A stretch of DNA of 64,000 nucleotides, taken from assembly GCA_963693365.1 (NCBI GenBank), contig CAVNZM010000011.1:6777921-6841920 (forward strand), read 5' to 3'. Below, piece by piece: positions 13,469 through 25,548 of this stretch. How positions within the stretch are numbered: position 1 is the first letter of the stretch; every line of letters starts with the position of its first letter. The notes beneath the pieces are model-generated. The model saw nothing but the letters and a program-made list of their open reading frames with translations, searched no databases and had not been told where the DNA came from. The translations under genes and the position numbers were made by a program. Origin of the DNA: Amoebidium appalachense. Lineage: Eukaryota; Protista; Ichthyosporea.

Positions 13469-14054
13469 ATTATTGCTGTCGGTGTTTTCTCCTCGTGCTC
13501 TAAACACCCCTCGCCCTCCTCGCCTCGCCATCTGTACATGCGCACACGCACACACACCAACCGGCCACACAACCAACAACCACGCAACTGCCCACCCACC
13601 CACACATCCACACAAACATCCACACACACACACACACCCGCACATACTGACACAAACACACATACACACATACCCCCCCCCTCCTCCCCCCCCCCCCCTA
13701 TATATCCCCTCAGATTGCCAGCAAGATTCGTGCCGGTGAGCGTTTTGCCGCCTACATCCTCACCCCCATGCACCCAGAGGGTGCCCCGTCAGCGTATGCA
13801 ACCCCCCCCCCCCCCCCCCCCCTCCCTCCCCCTCACATACACACACATTCTCTCTCTCTCTCTCTCTCCCCCCCCCCCCTTCCCCCCCCCCTCCCTTTCC
13901 CCTCCCTCTGTCATACGCTTTCTCCTTTCTCTCTCAGCTTCTCTGTTCCCCCCCCCCTCCCCCCCTCCCCCCGTCGTTTCGTGTCGTGTTTTTGGTTTGC
14001 CTTTTTTACTTTCAATTTGCTTCTCTTGCCCCATCTCCCAGCAGTGCAGTCTTC

Positions 14055-14089
<35 letters not shown>

Positions 14090-14312
14090 CATTCAAACCC
14101 CCCCTCCCCCCCCCCCTCCCCCCACAAAAAAAAAAAAAAAGAAGGGGAAAAAAAAAAAAAAAAAAAAACTCTCCCCCTGACAATGGCCGAATCATCTATG
14201 GTCTGGTTCATTTATGTTTTACCGGTTTTCTCCGTCATTTCTTTCGGAAAGCCACACACTCTGATGCTAAACTCAGAACTCTCCCCCCCCCCCCCTCTCC
14301 CCCTCCCCCCCT

Positions 14313-14404
<92 letters not shown>

Positions 14405-14531
14405 TCCCCACACACACACACCCCACCCCCTCCCACGCCACGATGCACATTGATGCACACGGGCGCGCAAAACACTGAAACCCACACCAATGGATATATA
14501 TGCAGCACACACCATTCACACCCAACACACA

Positions 14532-14629
<98 letters not shown>

Positions 14630-15579
14630 CATACACACACACACACGTACAGAAAACCCACACAAGAGCTACTCCAGTGGCAGTATCGCACAATGCAGTT
14701 CATGTACAATATCGTCTCAGAGGCTCTCAGGTAACTGCCCCCCCCCCCCTCTCCCCCGGCCCCAACCCACCCTCCCCCCTCCCCTTCTGTCTGCCCCCGC
14801 CGCTGTCCCTGCTCCCCCCACCCCCACCCCCCTGCCCGCCGCCAACCTCACCACCTTCCATCTTCCTCCGTGGATGCCAAACAAACAGACTCCTGGGGTT
14901 GAAACTTGTTTGACTGCTGACTGAATGAACAATGCTCTGCATGAAAATGTAGAACAGGCATTTGAAGCAGTCATCAACCCCTCCCCCCCCCCCCCCCCCT
15001 CCCCTCCCCTTTCCCCCTCCCCCCCCCCCCCCCCCCCCCCCATCCACCCACCCCCCTCCCTCCCCCCCCCCCCCCCCCCCCCACCCCCCCCCTCCCTCCA
15101 AAAAAAAAATGGGAGGGAACGAGAGAAAGAAAAGCAAAGGAAAGAAACCACACACAAACACACAAACGCGCACGTACACATCATCTCTTCAAACACACAA
15201 TACAGGCGCACATGCTTTCATGTGTGTGTTGCCCACAGCTCCAAACCAGCTACCACCATCACCCCATTCATAAACTGACTTTACCCCCTGCGCCCCCCCC
15301 CCCCCCCCCCCTCCCCCCCTCCTTTTTTTCATACACTGACTTTACCCCCTGCGCCCCCCCCCCCCCCCCCCCCCCTCTCTCCCCTCCGGCCCCCCCCTCC
15401 CCCCTCCCCCCTCTTTCTCCCCGCCCTCCTTCCTCCACCTTTCCCTTCCACATGTCCCCCCCCCCCCCCCCCCCCCCCCCCCCTTTTCAGCCCTCTCCCT
15501 ACTACTTTCTACCCACCCCTTTCCCTCCCTCTCCCCCCCCCCCTCCCCCCTGCGCCCCCCCCCCCCCCCCCCTCCCTCC

Positions 15580-15612
<33 letters not shown>

Positions 15613-15715
15613 AAGAGAAAAACTTTCAGCCACTACACCCCTAACCCCCCCCCCCCTTTCCCCGGTTTCCCAATGCCCCCTGTCCCCACCCTCCGCTTTT
15701 CCCTTCCCTTCCCTT

Positions 15716-15762
<47 letters not shown>

Positions 15763-15967
15763 ACCCAACCAACCACCCACGCACACGCCATCTCCCATAC
15801 AAACACACACACACACGTACGGAGTCGTGGGCTCGGACGACCACCCCACAGACTGGCTGACTTTCACCCCTCCCCCCTCACTTCCGCCCCTGCAATAAAA
15901 AAGAAACTCCTCCCACCTCTTTCCCCATCCCACTTCCCCAATACCCCCCCCCCCCCCCCCCCTCCCC

Positions 15968-16010
<43 letters not shown>

Positions 16011-16482
16011 ACAGAGACGTGGGCTCGGACGACCACCCCACAGACTGGCTGGCTTTCTTCTGCCTGGGCAACCGCGAGACTGCCTACGGGGGGCAGGAGT
16101 CAAATGCACCCAGTGAACTTGCTGGAACCCTCCAGAGAACACGACGCCACATGATCTATGTCCACTCAAAGATGTTGATCGTCGATGATGAGTACGTGTA
16201 CACCCCCCCCCCCCCCCCCCCCCCCCCCTCCCCCCCCCCCCCTCCCCCCCCCCCCCCCCCCCCCCCCCACACACACACACGCGCGCACGCGCACAATTCA
16301 CTCTACCCCCTTTCCTCCGAATGATGGACTCTGTTCAAGTAAATTCTGTCCGCACTTTAAAGTCTCATCTTTTTTGTTGTTTTCTTTGTAATTCTCCCGT
16401 GTTTTTGCTTCCGCAATAGCCACCCTTCATTGAATGTACCCCTTCCCCTCCCGCCTAATCTCATCACCAACACACACACATC

Positions 16483-16513
<31 letters not shown>

Positions 16514-16614
16514 CCACACCCACACCCACACACATAAGCACACGCGCACACGCACACGCACACGCGAACGCACACGCGAACGCGCACAGGCACACGAACC
16601 ACACACACACACAT

Positions 16615-16655
<41 letters not shown>

Positions 16656-16829
16656 CGCACACACGCATAAACACACCCTTCTCCCCCCTCCCCCCCCCCT
16701 CTCCCTCTCCCCCCCCCCCCCCCCCCCCCTCCCCTGCGCCTTCTTCCCTCCCTCTTCCCCCCCCCTCCCCACACACACACATGTATCCCCCTCCCTCCCT
16801 CCTACCCTCCACACACACACATTCACACG

Positions 16830-16894
<65 letters not shown>

Positions 16895-18001
16895 ACACAC
16901 AGGCTCATCATTGTAGGGTCAGCCAACATCAACCAGCGTTCCATGGCCGGCTACCGAGACACAGAGATAGCAACGTCCTCCTGGCAGCCCGCACACACAG
17001 CCACCCGCCACACAACCCCAAAGGGAAATGTCTATGGTTTCCGGGCACGTTTGTGGGCAGAGCACCTTGGTATTGTTCCTTCTTCCCCTTCTCCCCCTCC
17101 CCCCCCCCCTCCCCCGGGCATGGTTGCTCTGTGTCGTGCATCTGTAAGCATATACGCATTTTTCGCTGCACTGCATTAGTTTGCACACATATCTTCACCG
17201 TTTTGCTCACCTTGCTTGCATAAGCAACCCTGCTCGTCTTTGACCAAGACGGGTTGACCTTCCCAAGTTCAGTTGATGCTGCTGTCTGAGTTGGAGAGTC
17301 GTATATACGCGGGCTAAGGGGTCGAAACTCAGACGCAATTGATGACTTGGGCCCTCCCTGAGGATGGGCTCTGCTTATGACGCATACTGTGCGCATGGCT
17401 GATGTTGCATACTTGAATGTTTGCCTTTGCATGTGTCCTTCGTGTATGCGTACTTCGTACCGTGTTCCGCATTCAAACACACCCCGCCCCCCCCCCCCAA
17501 CCCCCTCTCTTGCCCTCGTCCTCCCCCCCCCCCCCTCCCTCCCCCCCCCCCTCCCCCCCCCAAATACCCCATACCTCATACCCCTCCCTGCCCCCCTTTT
17601 TTGTGTCTTTTACACTGTAAGGCTTTGAAAGATACAAATGGAGACGACTATATCATGTATGAGTGGAAGGGTTTCTCTGCTAGTGGGAAGGAGAGAGTAA
17701 CGATACTTGGTCTTAATGTGTTATCCCCCCCCCCCCCCCCTCCCCCCTCCCGCCCCACACACACACCCCCTCCCCGCCCATCCCCGCTTCTTCCCTTTAG
17801 TAACTACTAAACAGTTTTCCAACAATTCTACCCAACGAATAAATTCCAATTTATAATCCATGTAAGGTCCAGTTTTCTGTATTTTTAGGACTTCAATTTT
17901 TCTTATAGATTGTCACAATCCTATAGTAAGAGAGGGGGAGAGAGAGAGAGAGAGAGAGAGAGAGTGAGTGAGAGAGAGAGAGAGAGAGTGTGTGTGTGTG
18001 G

Positions 18002-18054
<53 letters not shown>

Positions 18055-18360
18055 AAAACTTACAAATGGGCCTAGCCCCCCCCCCCCCCCCCCCCCTCCC
18101 CCCCCCCCCCCCCCTCCCCCTGTCCCTCCCCACACCCTCCCCTATGGATAGGCTTTACCTATGATACGTATTCTTTGTGTATGCTTTGCCGAATGTGCAT
18201 TGCGGTGTCTGTCCTTCATAGTTGTGTGCTTCGTATCCTGTCGCACATACCCCCCCCCCCCCCCCCCCCTCTCTCCCTCCCTTCCCCCCCCCCCCCCCCA
18301 TCACCCCCCTCTTTCCCCCACCTCTTCTCCCACTTTTGCCTCTTCACAGCCTGTCATTTA

Positions 18361-18396
<36 letters not shown>

Positions 18397-18497
18397 CCCC
18401 GTACCTTTGCCTTCTTCTCTGAAGTGGCTCTTTCACCTCCTCCCCCCCTTGCCTTGTACCTACTATACCATTAATTGACTCTCCTCCATCCCCCCCA

Positions 18498-18528
<31 letters not shown>

Positions 18529-18891
18529 ACCTCCCTTCCCCTTCCCCTCCCTCCCTCCCCTCCCGCTTCCGCCCTCCCCCGCCCCTACACCTGCCCCCTC
18601 CTTCGGGCCCACCTCCCCATTCCTTCCCCCATCCCCTCCTCCTCCCCGTCCCCCCTCCCCCCTTCCTCCCTCCTTCTCTGCCCCCCTCCCCTCCTCCCCC
18701 CCCCCCCCCCCCCCCTCCTCTATTCAGGCCACTATGACAGTACCTACGACACCCCCTCCTCCCTCGAGTGTATCCGTCAGGTCAACGAAACTGCCCGTGC
18801 AGCCTGGCAGCAATATCTGGCCACAGAGCCCACAGACATGCACACACACCTCATGCCTTACCCCGTGGCCGTGCACCGCGATGGAACGTAC

Positions 18892-18932
<41 letters not shown>

Positions 18933-19087
18933 CGCCCCCTTCCCCTCCCCTCCCTTCTCCGCCCAGCCCCTGCGTCCTCCTGAATCTCCTTTCCAAACTT
19001 CCTACGCTCTCTTATGCTACCGTCCCTCTCTTTCCCCACTGCCTCCCACCCTCCCCCCCCCCCCCCCCCCCCCATCCCTCCCTCCTC

Positions 19088-19120
<33 letters not shown>

Positions 19121-19208
19121 ACGGTATAGCTGCAGAACACACTGACATGCACACACACGTCCCATATCCCGTAGTGGTGCATCATAGTATCACCATCGTT
19201 TTTTTCTT

Positions 19209-19243
<35 letters not shown>

Positions 19244-21542
19244 AAGGCAGCGCTGTTATCTAGATCTCCATATCCGAGCAACCAATCACGGCATCCACAC
19301 AAGCATATACAATAAACTCGATACCAGCACATATCCTAAACTCGCTATCGTTCGCTCTCCCTTTATCGATTCATTCATTTCTGACACCGCTAAATATGGT
19401 ATCATAACTAGTCAACTATGTAGCCATCACCGTAAGTGCTCCTCATTGCATGCTCTCTCCATTCACGCAGCTACCCTAATATCTAGACTACTAGCTAAGG
19501 GATATATCTACAATAAACTCATTCATAAAACCATATCATACATTAGAAACAATCCATCGATGTATTGCGGCACTCATTATTCGTCTATTCTCAAATCCAT
19601 CATTCGAAGAATTCGCACACCAATATAGTCTTACTCACACACACGATGTCAATATCATATGTGTGACACACACACATATATATAGACTACACTCCGTGCA
19701 TAATGGGTCTCGACATATGGCGTTTCACTTGTAGTGATACAACTTGGCTACCGTTTTGGCTTCCTAAAGCCCATGGGCACGAGGCGAATGCTGGCTGGCC
19801 GCCAGGGGCTTACCCACCCGTTCGAACACGTTAAAGTTCCACCCGGTCAGGTGCACTGCCCCCCAGTGGCATGGATCAAACCTATTGGTTTATTACGTTG
19901 GGTAACTCTCTAATAAAGCAATAGTTGCCAGGTTAAATTCCCCCCCTGTTTTCTCTGCCTCCATATCCCCCCCCCCCCCCCTCCCCCTTCCCCCCCCCCC
20001 CCCCCCTCTTCCCCCTTCCCCCCGCCCCCTTCCCCCTCTCTCTCCCCCCCTCCCCTCCCTCTCTCCCCTGCCCCCCTCCCCCCCCCCCCCCCCCCCCCCC
20101 CCTCCCTCCCCTTTTCTATAGGTTAGGGAGTCGGGGAGCTTTGTAGAAGCCCGGCTTATGCTCTATCTCTCTGCTTGCTTTCTTTGTTTTTTTGTCTGCT
20201 TGCAGATTTTGTAGACTCTGCGTTCTTAGATTGCTGCTCCTTGAACAACCCTGCTCGTCTTTGGCCAAGACGGGTGGACTCGCTTATTGCTGTTGAAACA
20301 AAGTATGGGTTGGGAACCACGCGCGAGAGGTTAAAGAGTCTGAACCCATGCTTTTGTGGAGGCATAGGAACCCCCCTGATGATGGGCTCTGTTCAAGTGT
20401 CTTCTGCCTGCACGCTTAAATTGTTTGTTTTTGGATTTCCCACCATTGTGACGCTTTGTTGTTGCTCTTTGTTGTCTCCTCCATATTTCCAACCCTCTAA
20501 CGCATACATCACCCCCCCCTCCCCCCCCCCCCCCCCCCCCCCCCCCCTTCTGCCCCCACTCCCCTGCCTCCTCTTCCCTTCCCGCCTCCCCTTAAACTAC
20601 CACCTCTTTCATTTGGGCACGGGACCACCTTTTTCAGTGATTAGAAACGAACTAAAACCCTAATACCACTCCAGTGTTTGTCTTCATATCTGATCAATGT
20701 TTTGTCTTCATATCTGATCAATGTTTTGTATACAATACCTGATCAATGTTTTGTCTTCATATCTGATCAATATTTGTATACAATATCTGATTAATGTTTT
20801 GTCTTCATATCTGATCAATGTTTTGTCTTCATATCTGATCAATGTTTTGTATACAATATCTGATCAATGTTTTGTCTTCATATCTGATCAATGTTTTGTA
20901 TACAATATCTGATCAATGTTTTGTCTTCATATCTGATCAATATTTGTATACAATATCTGATCAATGTTTTGTCTTCATATCTGATCAATGGTTTGTATAC
21001 AATATCTGATCAATGTTTTGTCTTCATATCTGATCAATGTTTTGTATACAATATCTGATCAATGTTTTGTCTTCATATCTGATCAATGTTTTGTATACAA
21101 TATCTGATCAATGTTTTGTCTTCATATCTGATCAATGTTTTGTCTTCATATCTGATCAATGTTTTGTCTTCATATCTGATCAATGTTTTGTATACAATAT
21201 CTGATCAATGTTTTGTCTTCATATCTGATCAATGTTTTGTATACAATATCTGATCAATGTTTTGTCTTCATATCTGATCAATGTTTTGTATACAATATCT
21301 GATCAATGTTTTGTCTTCATATCTGATCAATGTTTTGTCTTTATATCTGATCAATGTTTTGTCTTCATATCTGATAATGTTTTGTCTTTATGTCTGATCA
21401 ATGTTTTGTCTTCATATCTGATCAATGTTTTGTATACAGGTTGGGTGTGTTGGATGGTGTTCGCAATTTCCCGGACTATCCCGGTGAATGTCCTATTGAG
21501 GGCGCCGCAGAACTACTGCTACCGAATTTCCTCACATTCTAA
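3954..21542 (+). CDS. PLD: Plant-type C2-domain phospholipase D (PLD alpha/delta-like), 16 exons, about 757 aa after correcting one +1 frameshift in exon 3
   Basis: Exons, all GT-AG and phase-consistent: 3954-4169, 5235-5320, 6534-6689, 7946-8198, 8838-8937, 9849-10018, 10585-10651, 11596-11736, 12185-12322, 12988-13170, 13714-13793, 14653-14730, 16015-16191, 16903-17069, 18728-18887, 21440-21542. Motifs: N-terminal C2 ([14 protein letters not shown]...DPQWN), [18 protein letters not shown]1 [11 protein letters not shown]...[41 protein letters not shown]2 [13 protein letters not shown]...[17 protein letters not shown]-terminal FPD...LPNFLTF*. Confidence 0.95.
6847..7095 (+). mobile_element. 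Structured non-coding poly(C)-anchored element, family B, in PLD intron 3
   Basis: Carries the shared core gcataagcaaccctgctcgtc...aagacgggtgac...cctgaggatgggctctgctt and ends cgcattcaaa + poly(C). Related 5'-truncated copies lie at 10766-10895, 45969-46124 and ~59225-59314. Confidence 0.75.
8320..8645 (+). mobile_element. Degenerate family C element, interrupted by a poly(C) run
   Basis: ttgaagaaccgtgcacgtctttg...aaccacgagtgcaaggttaaaggagtc...cccctgagg matches the core of 20240-20390. tctcctccat...caaccctaaaatacgtac + poly(C) matches its 3' end. Confidence 0.55.
9315..9912 (+). repeat. Tandem duplications (126-155 bp spacing) of the 3' splice site plus 5' part of PLD exon 6
   Basis: The unit tacattctaa(c/t)ggcacgttttcattggttcAG|GTTGGCCGTATAGTGCGCGAATCAGCCAAGGAC...GGGAGTGCAT recurs with exon-like starts at 9424, 9550, 9705 and 9849, plus a partial copy at ~9320. 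Only 9849 continues into the HKD1 motif. Confidence 0.9.
10766..10895 (+). mobile_element. 5'-truncated family B element
   Basis: gaaactcggtactgtggatgactttggccacccctgaggatgggctctgctt...gtacctcgtactatgtaat + poly(C); collinear with 6955-7095. Confidence 0.7.
11323..11544 (+). mobile_element. 5'-truncated family A element
   Basis: Near-identical to 43385-43607; ends gttccgcattcaaa + C run; preceded by a C-rich tract. Confidence 0.85.
17114..17477 (+). mobile_element. Family A element, 5'-truncated with a small internal deletion, in PLD intron 14
   Basis: Near-identical to 43228-43607; C-rich tracts on both sides. Confidence 0.85.
19242..19939 (+). mobile_element. 5'-truncated Penelope-like retroelement: C-terminal RT/thumb coding fragment (19242-19628) plus 3' non-coding region, inserted in poly(C) in PLD intron 15
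   Basis: The frame reads ...[90 protein letters not shown]...RTPI*. This matches the PLE RT C-terminal pattern (F/Y)LDL.I...T..Y.K...YG...SQL.R..R.CS...L...GY. It stops right after the thumb with no downstream GIY-YIG. The segment is AT-rich, starts directly after a C run and ends ggttaaatt + C run. Confidence 0.8.
20122..20509 (+). mobile_element. Structured non-coding poly(C)-anchored element, family C
   Basis: Core cttgaacaaccctgctcgtctttggccaagacgggtggac...cccctgatgatgggctctgttcaag; ends aacgcatacatca + poly(C). A second 5'-truncated copy lies at 46133-46270. The 5' boundary is approximate. Confidence 0.75.
20676..21439 (+). repeat. Minisatellite of about 31 units of two variants (24-bp atctgatcaatgttttgtcttcat and 25-bp atctgatcaatgttttgtatacaat); the last unit supplies the acceptor of PLD exon 16
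   Basis: Directly visible tandem array. The terminal unit reads ...ctgatcaatgttttgtatacAG|GTTGGGT. Confidence 0.95.
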
Positions 21543-22314
21543 AGACACCCCCCCTGCCCCCTCCCTCCCTCCCTCCCTCCCTCTCTCCTTCCCTTCCTCT
21601 TCCCTTCTCTCCCTCTCACTCTCTCGCTCCCCCCTTCCTGTCCTTCCTTTCCCCATCCCTCTCCCGTTCACTTCTTCCCTCCCTCCCTGCCTCTCCCCCT
21701 CTCTTTGCCCCCCCCCCCCCCCCCCCCCCTCCCTCCTCTACCTGCCCCACCCTCCCACTCCCTTCCTTTTTCTTCTTTTTTTCCCCTACCTGAACTTTTC
21801 CTCTTTTCCACTGCTTTGACCACAACATACACAATGGCCTGCACATGTTCTTATGCATGTCTATATACAGTAGCCATAGGGGCATGCAGGAAATGGGTCT
21901 TTATGTAAGTCAGTGTAGTGCTATGATGTCAGGCGTATCTGCCACGTGTCCGTGCAAACCCAATGGTGATAGAAAAAAAGGTTTTTATAAAGCACAAAAA
22001 AAGTTAGGAATATGTATACATGCATCCATTGGTATATGGAAGACTTCATTCACTCCTTGGTGGGCTTGTTTCATAAAATTACATTAACTTCTGGGAATCT
22101 AGCCAAGTGTAAGAATACTTAGACTCCATTAGTGAGTTAGGTGCCCCGGCGGCCGAGTGTAGTGTTGTACTGTAAGTGGCAATTAAGAATTAATATAAAA
22201 GGAAAAATTGAGTCACTGTCGTAAAAAATATTTGCGAGGTGTGTACATGGGTGGCCTGAATTCAAGATTTCCTCATGTACCTGTGTTAATTCTGGTACCT
22301 GTGTGTGATGTATG

Positions 22315-22362
<48 letters not shown>

Positions 22363-22370
22363 TGTGTGTG

Positions 22371-22414
<44 letters not shown>

Positions 22415-22528
22415 TGTACATGTGCGTGTGTGTACGGTCTGTGTGTGTCTCACGTTTGTGCATCGCAGTGCGTGCACGCACTTGACGGCCACGGTATAGA
22501 ATGTGCGTGTATATGTGCTTTTTTTTTT

Positions 22529-22559
<31 letters not shown>

Positions 22560-22656
22560 GGGGGAAGGGGGCTTCAGACTCCACACTGTCAGCGTTTGAA
22601 AACAGGCCTTTTCCACCACCCCAATAAAGCACACACAAACACGTGCACACGCTCAT

Positions 22657-22690
<34 letters not shown>

Positions 22691-23697
22691 ACTCCCAGTT
22701 CCCCCCCGGCCCGAACCCCCTCTAAGCCCCCTCCCCTCAAAGAACACGTCCACACACGTCATATATACACGGGCTGAGCTCCACAGCCTCTATATCACCA
22801 CAGCGATCACCAACAGAACGCCACCCTTACCGACTTCAGGTGCCGTCTACCCTCCCCCCCCCCCCCCCCCTCCCCCTCCCCCCCTCTCCCCCCCCCCCCC
22901 CCCCCCCCTCGAGTACCCAGCAGCATCCCTTTCCCCTTCGCCTTACGTACCTCACCCTCACTCCAACAAGCACTAGAGTCTCCAGACTCCTCTTCTTCCC
23001 GCCCTTTCTAAGGTTCACGAGATATACTATGACCAAACTTTTATGGCATTTCCTAAATTATATACCGGGTGATGTTCTTTTTTTCTTTTTTCTTTTTCTT
23101 TTTTTTTGGGGGGGGGGAGGGACGTGCTGTACATGTTTATTAACGACATGCATATGAAGCTGTGATGAGTGTCGGCACCAAGGCCAACAGTATACTTCCA
23201 TGGACCAACCCATTGCAACAAGATATACAGATACCGCCCATCATTAAGATTAACTGCGAATAAGAATACGCTAGCGGCCAAGCCCGTATTTTTTTTTTTA
23301 AGAATATGCAACGACAGCCAGATTTTGGGATATTCTTAATGGCGGGACTGACCTATACACCTTGCTGGATCATGCATACTCATGCCCCCCCCCCCCCCCC
23401 CCCCCCCTCACCCCCCCCCTCCGCCCTCAACGCACACCCCAACCCTCCCCTGCCCATGTCTCGTCTCCCCCGGCCCGTCCCCCCCCCCCCCCCCCCCCCC
23501 CCTTTCCCCCCTTCCCCCCTTCCCCCTCCCTCCCCTCCCCCCCCCCCCCCCCCCCCCCCTTCTGGGAATAGCGGCCATGCAAAAACGTTAAGAATATGCA
23601 CCGTGACCACGTTTTATGCATAAATGACGTTACATTTACAAGATATACATCATATGATGTGGATATCAACCCTTTTTGGGTTTCATGATTCGAAACC

Positions 23698-23748
<51 letters not shown>

Positions 23749-25426
23749 GCCCCGATCCTGCGACCCAAACGATAAGATCCTCTTCTGCGCAAACTTATCC
23801 TCTTCTGCGCAAGCTTACACTGTGGACACTATGTTATGTGTGTGCATGTGGATGATGTGTGTTTTGGGTGTCTGTGGTGTGGCCCAGGCTGGTGGCTGGT
23901 GTACATGTGCACACACAGTTACTGCTTGTGTGTTAAAAAAATGACCTGGCAGTGCTTGTGTGCATTTGTGCGCTCATCATGTGTGCACCTAGACAATTTG
24001 TGCCACGGTTACGTTCTCAGAGTCTAGGTGCACGGGTGCCTGTGTAACACACACGGGTGCGCGTGCACATGCACACAGCAACCCATCATGTGTGTGTGTT
24101 TGCCCCTGCACATGTTTGTGACTTCAAGTACTATAACTTAGTAATTAATAAACCCCCCCACAGGGCTAGGGGCTGACATTCAGCCTGGTTTCACGCCTGC
24201 ACACAATATTTCTGTGTTTACTTAACTTGAATGTAAGCTCAGCCATTTTCAGTGCCCTACTACATACTGTAGACATGGTTGTGTACATTCACGTGCACAC
24301 CGTGCTGTTCCCCCACAACCAGTCTACGTGCCTTTGTGTCTTCTCGGCAGAGGCTGGAATAGAGCGGAAGCAGCGACCAATCGGCTGCATCACTTTTAGC
24401 TGTATTCCGTATTAGGGCAGTTACTCTGCACCTTAAGTATGCGGTTAGGAGCGATGCAAAGAACGTGAACACTTTGCCAGGATGTATCTTAGGTGCACGG
24501 CACACACTGTGTGCCGTAGACACTTTATTGGGCACTAGACATACACATGTAGCACTGTAGTATAACTTGAAGCTAGATTATGATCACCCAGGAGAAGCTC
24601 ATGTACTCATGTATATGTCATGTACTTTATTTTAAGTAGGGCCACATGCCTATTGGCTGTCGCCTTACAAAAGTATGCGAGCAGTGCTCTCCGGACCGGC
24701 GGAAACCAAGGGACTATAAAAGGCTGGTACATTCCAGACTTGGGTCACTTGGGCGGGGCTGTGTGTCCGAGTAAACGTTACACTAGTCGTGCGGTGTCAG
24801 ACTAGCTGTAGCACCCGCTTTCTTGTCTCTATACTTCACGGCGTGCTTCTCCTAGCCTGCATATGTTAACTAGGGCATAGTATGAGTGTATACACACCCT
24901 GGTTTTCAGTACGCTGGTAGACACTACCGCTGGTGACTAAGATCACTGCATACATCTAGATACGTAAAGATAACTTAATAATCATATAAATTACGTTAAT
25001 TTTCAACCCTGAACAATTAAGATAGTGAAGGCCCTGCCCTCTAGTGGATGTAATCTTTGAGAATATCCCCCTTCCCCCCCCCCCCCTCCCCCCCCCTCCC
25101 CCCCCCCCCCCTCCCCCCCCAAAAAAAAAAAAAAAAAAAACCGTTAACGTGACCACCACCAACGGGGAACTTCCTTAAGAACACGAGGGATACGGTCCCC
25201 GGAAATGAAAGTTAATTAGGCTAAAGTTCCCAAACCTGAAGCACCCATAAGCTGCAAAATTTAATTTCAGTGAATGGCACCCCCTGTACCCGTGGCCATT
25301 CTATTTTAAAGTTACTAATCAGTAGATTTTTAACCCAGTCCTACACAGGCCTTCATACATAGCACATGCACATGTGCTTGTGTACATGTATGCCCCGCTA
25401 CAGTACACGGTGTGTATGTGTGTGTG

Positions 25427-25479
<53 letters not shown>

Positions 25480-25480
25480 G

Positions 25481-25513
<33 letters not shown>

Positions 25514-25516
25514 GCA

Positions 25517-25548
<32 letters not shown>

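Noticed and set aside
20676-21439. CRISPR array or coding repeat (ORFs 20721-20912 and 21232-21819)
   Set aside because: There are no unique spacers; it is a plain tandem minisatellite inside a PLD intron.
22765-23255. Possible small minus-strand exons
   Set aside because: Splice-like sites exist, but no consistent frame or recognisable protein could be assembled.
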